Source: Alphaproteobacteria bacterium
GTDB lineage: Bacteria; Pseudomonadota; Alphaproteobacteria; GCA-2731375
NCBI GenBank assembly: GCA_965225945.1
Contig: CBDDBZ010000001.1
Coordinates: forward strand, 1 to 51,795
Reading direction: 5' to 3'
DNA length: 51,795 bases
Every line of letters starts with the position of its first letter. Positions within the stretch are counted from its first letter, which is position 1. Positions 49,059-51,795 of the stretch are shown piece by piece. The notes under the pieces were generated by a model. It was not told the DNA's origin, made no database searches, and saw nothing but the letters and a program-made list of their open reading frames with translations. A program made the position numbers and the translations under genes.

Positions 49059-49802
49059 ATGGCCATCCGCAAGCGTATCGGGGTGTTGATCCCCTCCACC
49101 AACACGAGCTGCGAGGCGGACTTTCAAATGGTCGCGCCGAGCGACGTGACCATCCACGGTCAACGTCTCTGGCTGACCAACGACGCCCGAGGCGATTCCG
49201 CCATGGAGCGGATGAACGCCGAGATCGAGAGTGGCGCCCGCTATCTGGCGACCGCGAAGGTCGACGTCGTCGCCTACGGCTGCACCACCGGCAGCTTCTA
49301 CAAGGGCCCCGGATGGGACCGCGACATGATCGCGCTGATGGCCCGAGAGGCGGGCGTGCCGGCCGTCGCCACCAGCCCCTCGGTGGTCGAGGCTTTGCAT
49401 CACTTCGGCGCCCGCAAGATCTCCGTCGCCAGCCCCTATCCCGCCTGGAACAACGAGAAGCTCGAGGCCTATATGGAGGCGGCCGGCTTCGAGGTACTGA
49501 ACGTCGAGGGCGAGCCCTGGGCGGCCGAGGCCGGCGCCCAGGGGATCAACGACCAGGACCCCGAGGTCGTGGTCGAGTTCGCCGAGCGGGCCTGCCGGCC
49601 GGAGGCCGACGTGCTGTTCTGTTCCTGCACCGCGTGGCGCTCGATGGAGGTGGTGGCGGAGCTGGAGCGCCGCACCGGCAAGCCGGTCGTGACCTCCAAC
49701 CAAGCCACCGTGTGGGCCGCCTTCCGCGCCCTCGGCATCGACGCCCCGATCGAGGGCTACGGAAGCCTGCTGGCGGACCGGGAGACGCGCAAAGCGGCAT
49801 GA
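49059..49802 (+). CDS. Maleate cis-trans isomerase / Asp-Glu racemase-family protein
   Basis: IGVLIPSTN, YGCTTGS, SCTAW, KPVVTSNQA. Confidence 0.9.
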   Translation: MAIRKRIGVLIPSTNTSCEADFQMVAPSDVTIHGQRLWLTNDARGDSAMERMNAEIESGARYLATAKVDVVAYGCTTGSFYKGPGWDRDMIALMAREAGVPAVATSPSVVEALHHFGARKISVASPYPAWNNEKLEAYMEAAGFEVLNVEGEPWAAEAGAQGINDQDPEVVVEFAERACRPEADVLFCSCTAWRSMEVVAELERRTGKPVVTSNQATVWAAFRALGIDAPIEGYGSLLADRETRKAA

Positions 49803-49814
49803 TCTCGGCGCCGC

Positions 49815-50955
49815 TCAGCCGAGTGCGCGCATCACCGCGTCGACCAGGCGCTCGGCATAGGGGCTGGCGCCCGGGCCGGGGGCGAGTCGGTTGGGGGTGA
49901 AGCCGAAACCGAGGCGGCGGTTCGAATCGGCGAAGCCCAAGGCACCGCCGATGCCGGTATGGCCGAAGGACGCGGGGTTGCCGCTGAAGGGCGCGTAATC
50001 GTTGGCCAGGCGAAAGCCCCGCGCCATCCGGCAGTCGAGGCCGAGCGCGTCGACATGGCGCCAGCGTTCTTCCACCGCGATTCCCGCCATCCGCCGGCTC
50101 AGCAGCCGTTTCGCCCTCGCCGCGAAGGTCGTCGGCCAGCACGGCGTAGAGGCGCGCCACCCCTCGCGCGCTGCCATGACAGTTGAAGGCGGGCATCTCC
50201 GCGGGCGCGGAAACGCTCCGTGTTGAAGTCTTCCTCGCCCGGGGCCGAGCGGCAGCGGCGCCCAGCAGCGCCCGATCAGGCTATCCGAGTCGGTGATCGC
50301 CTCCAGCAGCGGATCGCCCGGCGTCCAAACCACGTCCGCCGTCGCCGCGCGGGCCTCCGCGTCGAGGCCGAAGGCGAGCGCGATGTCCAGCGGCTCGGCG
50401 ATGTCTTCGCGGACCGCCTGGCCGAGGCTTCGCCCGTCGACCCGGCGGAAGATCTCGCCCACCAGGTGGCCGTAGGTGAAGGTGTGGTAGCACCCGCCCT
50501 CGCCCGGCGGCGTCATCGGGCGCGCCGCTTGGATCGCCTCGACCATGGCCGTCCAGTCGTAGGCGGCGCCGCGGGGCGCGCCGAAGGCGCCGGGCAGCCC
50601 CGCCTGGTGCGAGAGCACATGGTCGATGGTCGTGGCCTCCTTGCCGGCCTTAGCGTATTCCGGCCAATACTCGGCCACCCGATTTTCCAGCCCGACCGCG
50701 CCAGAATCGATCAGCCGCAACAGGCGGCAGCGCCGCCACGGGCTTGCCGACAGAGAAGACGCAGACGGTCGTGTCCTCTTCCCAAGGCTCGCTGCGCGCG
50801 CCGTCGCGATGCCCGCCCCATAGGTCGACCACCAATTCGCCGTCCACCATCACGGCCACGGCCTCCCCGAGCTCTTGCCCGTCGGCGAGGTTGGTGGCCA
50901 GGGCCTCGGCCACGGCCTCGAAGTCCGGATGACAGTGGCCCGTGACGTCGGTCAT
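49815..50955 (-). pseudogene. Beta-lactamase-family serine hydrolase/esterase with several frameshifts
   Basis: VDLWGG...FSVGK (SxxK), LSHQAGL, YH..TYG, EMPA, FGHTG.GG spread over different frames; shifts near 50720, 50240, 50200, 50110. Confidence 0.8.
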
Positions 50956-51038
50956 GCTCGGCCCCTCCCCAGGCCGGAGTATGGTGCCAGCGGTGCGCGT
51001 CGGGTAGTACGCACGGGCGCGCTGGAGGAGGTGAGGTG

Positions 51039-51795
51039 ATGAGCGAGATCGAATATGGACTGTTCGTGCGCGGCCAGTACCGCGCCGGCGACGACATGGC
51101 GAAACGCTTCGAGGAAGTGTTGGCGCAGGTCCGGCTCGCCGACCGGCTGGGCTTCGCCGATCTCCTCACCGGCATGCATTACGCCGCCGCACCGTTGCAG
51201 CAGTATCAATTGATTCCGCTGCTCGCCCGCCTGATGGCGGAAACCGATTCCATGCGCATCATCACCGGGATCGTCCTCTTGTCGCTCCATAAGCCGCTCG
51301 ACATGGCCGAACAGCTCGCCACCCTCGACGTGATGTCGGGTGGCCGCCTGGTGTTCGGCGCCGGCCTCGGCTACCGCGAGGTCGAGTTCAAAGGCTTCGG
51401 CACCACGCAATCGGAACGCGTGCCCCGCCTGGTCGAGAACCTGGTGGCGATCAAGCGACTCTGGACCGAGGACGCGGTCACGATGAAGGGCTCCCACTTC
51501 GAATTGATCGACGCGACCGTATCGCTGAAGCCGCTACAAAAGCCGATGCCGCCGATCTGGTTCGGCGCCAACGCCGACGGCGCGGTGCGCCGGGCGGCCG
51601 AGCTGGCCGACACCTGGTTCATCAATCCGCACCAACGCATGGCGACGATCGAGCGCCAGCTCTCGCTCTACAACCAGGCGCTGGAAGAATTCGGCAAGCC
51701 GCCACCCGCCGAGCTGCCGTTGATGCGGGAGATCTTCGTCGCCTCCAGCCGCGAGGAGGCAACCCGTCTCGCCCGGCCCTATCTCGAGGAAAAAT
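51039..51795 (+). CDS. LLM-class flavin-dependent oxidoreductase, 3'-truncated by window edge
   Basis: My translation MSEIEYGLFVRGQY...AEQLATLDVMSGGRLVFGAGLGYREVEF...PLQKPMPPIWFG; absent from ORF track as it has no stop. Confidence 0.88.
   Translation, partial: MSEIEYGLFVRGQYRAGDDMAKRFEEVLAQVRLADRLGFADLLTGMHYAAAPLQQYQLIPLLARLMAETDSMRIITGIVLLSLHKPLDMAEQLATLDVMSGGRLVFGAGLGYREVEFKGFGTTQSERVPRLVENLVAIKRLWTEDAVTMKGSHFELIDATVSLKPLQKPMPPIWFGANADGAVRRAAELADTWFINPHQRMATIERQLSLYNQALEEFGKPPPAELPLMREIFVASSREEATRLARPYLEEK

Noticed and set aside
1348-51640. Many long overlapping ORFs (e.g. 1348-2844, 2983-4419, 7463-8797, 18297-19667, 33872-35275) and long N-terminal extensions
   Set aside because: Antisense or alternate-frame shadows expected in high-GC DNA; no motifs; overlap well-supported genes
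1-51795. CRISPR array, tRNA or rRNA genes
   Set aside because: No regularly spaced repeats and no recognisable tRNA/rRNA sequence seen by eye

Overview
GC-rich chromosome segment from what looks like a Rhodospirillales-like alphaproteobacterium. The evidence for this is glnE, the chorismate mutase-hisC-tyrC operon, DUF2125, the zapA-6S RNA-fau-ymdB locus and DUF1244. It also holds many catabolic redox genes (three LLM oxidoreductases, TauD, PhyH, SDR, AKR, a CoA-transferase pair). It is heavily invaded by mobile DNA: a partial IS256; a 774-bp non-autonomous IS1595 derivative with cargo (537-1310); two IS630 elements; an inverted IS1595 pair nested in one IS630; and a hollowed RAYT-like relic. 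The most notable element is a 2431-bp IS66-family element (31395-33825, 14-bp TIRs, 8-bp TSD). It carries a compact Dam-like DNA adenine methyltransferase, apparently lacking a target-recognition domain (TRD), translationally coupled to its transposase, and it has split a GAF/HD-GYP gene. A second theme is repeated 'hollowing' of genes by internal deletion, leaving short fusions of the original N- and C-termini. All family assignments are by-eye motif recognition; no searches were run.
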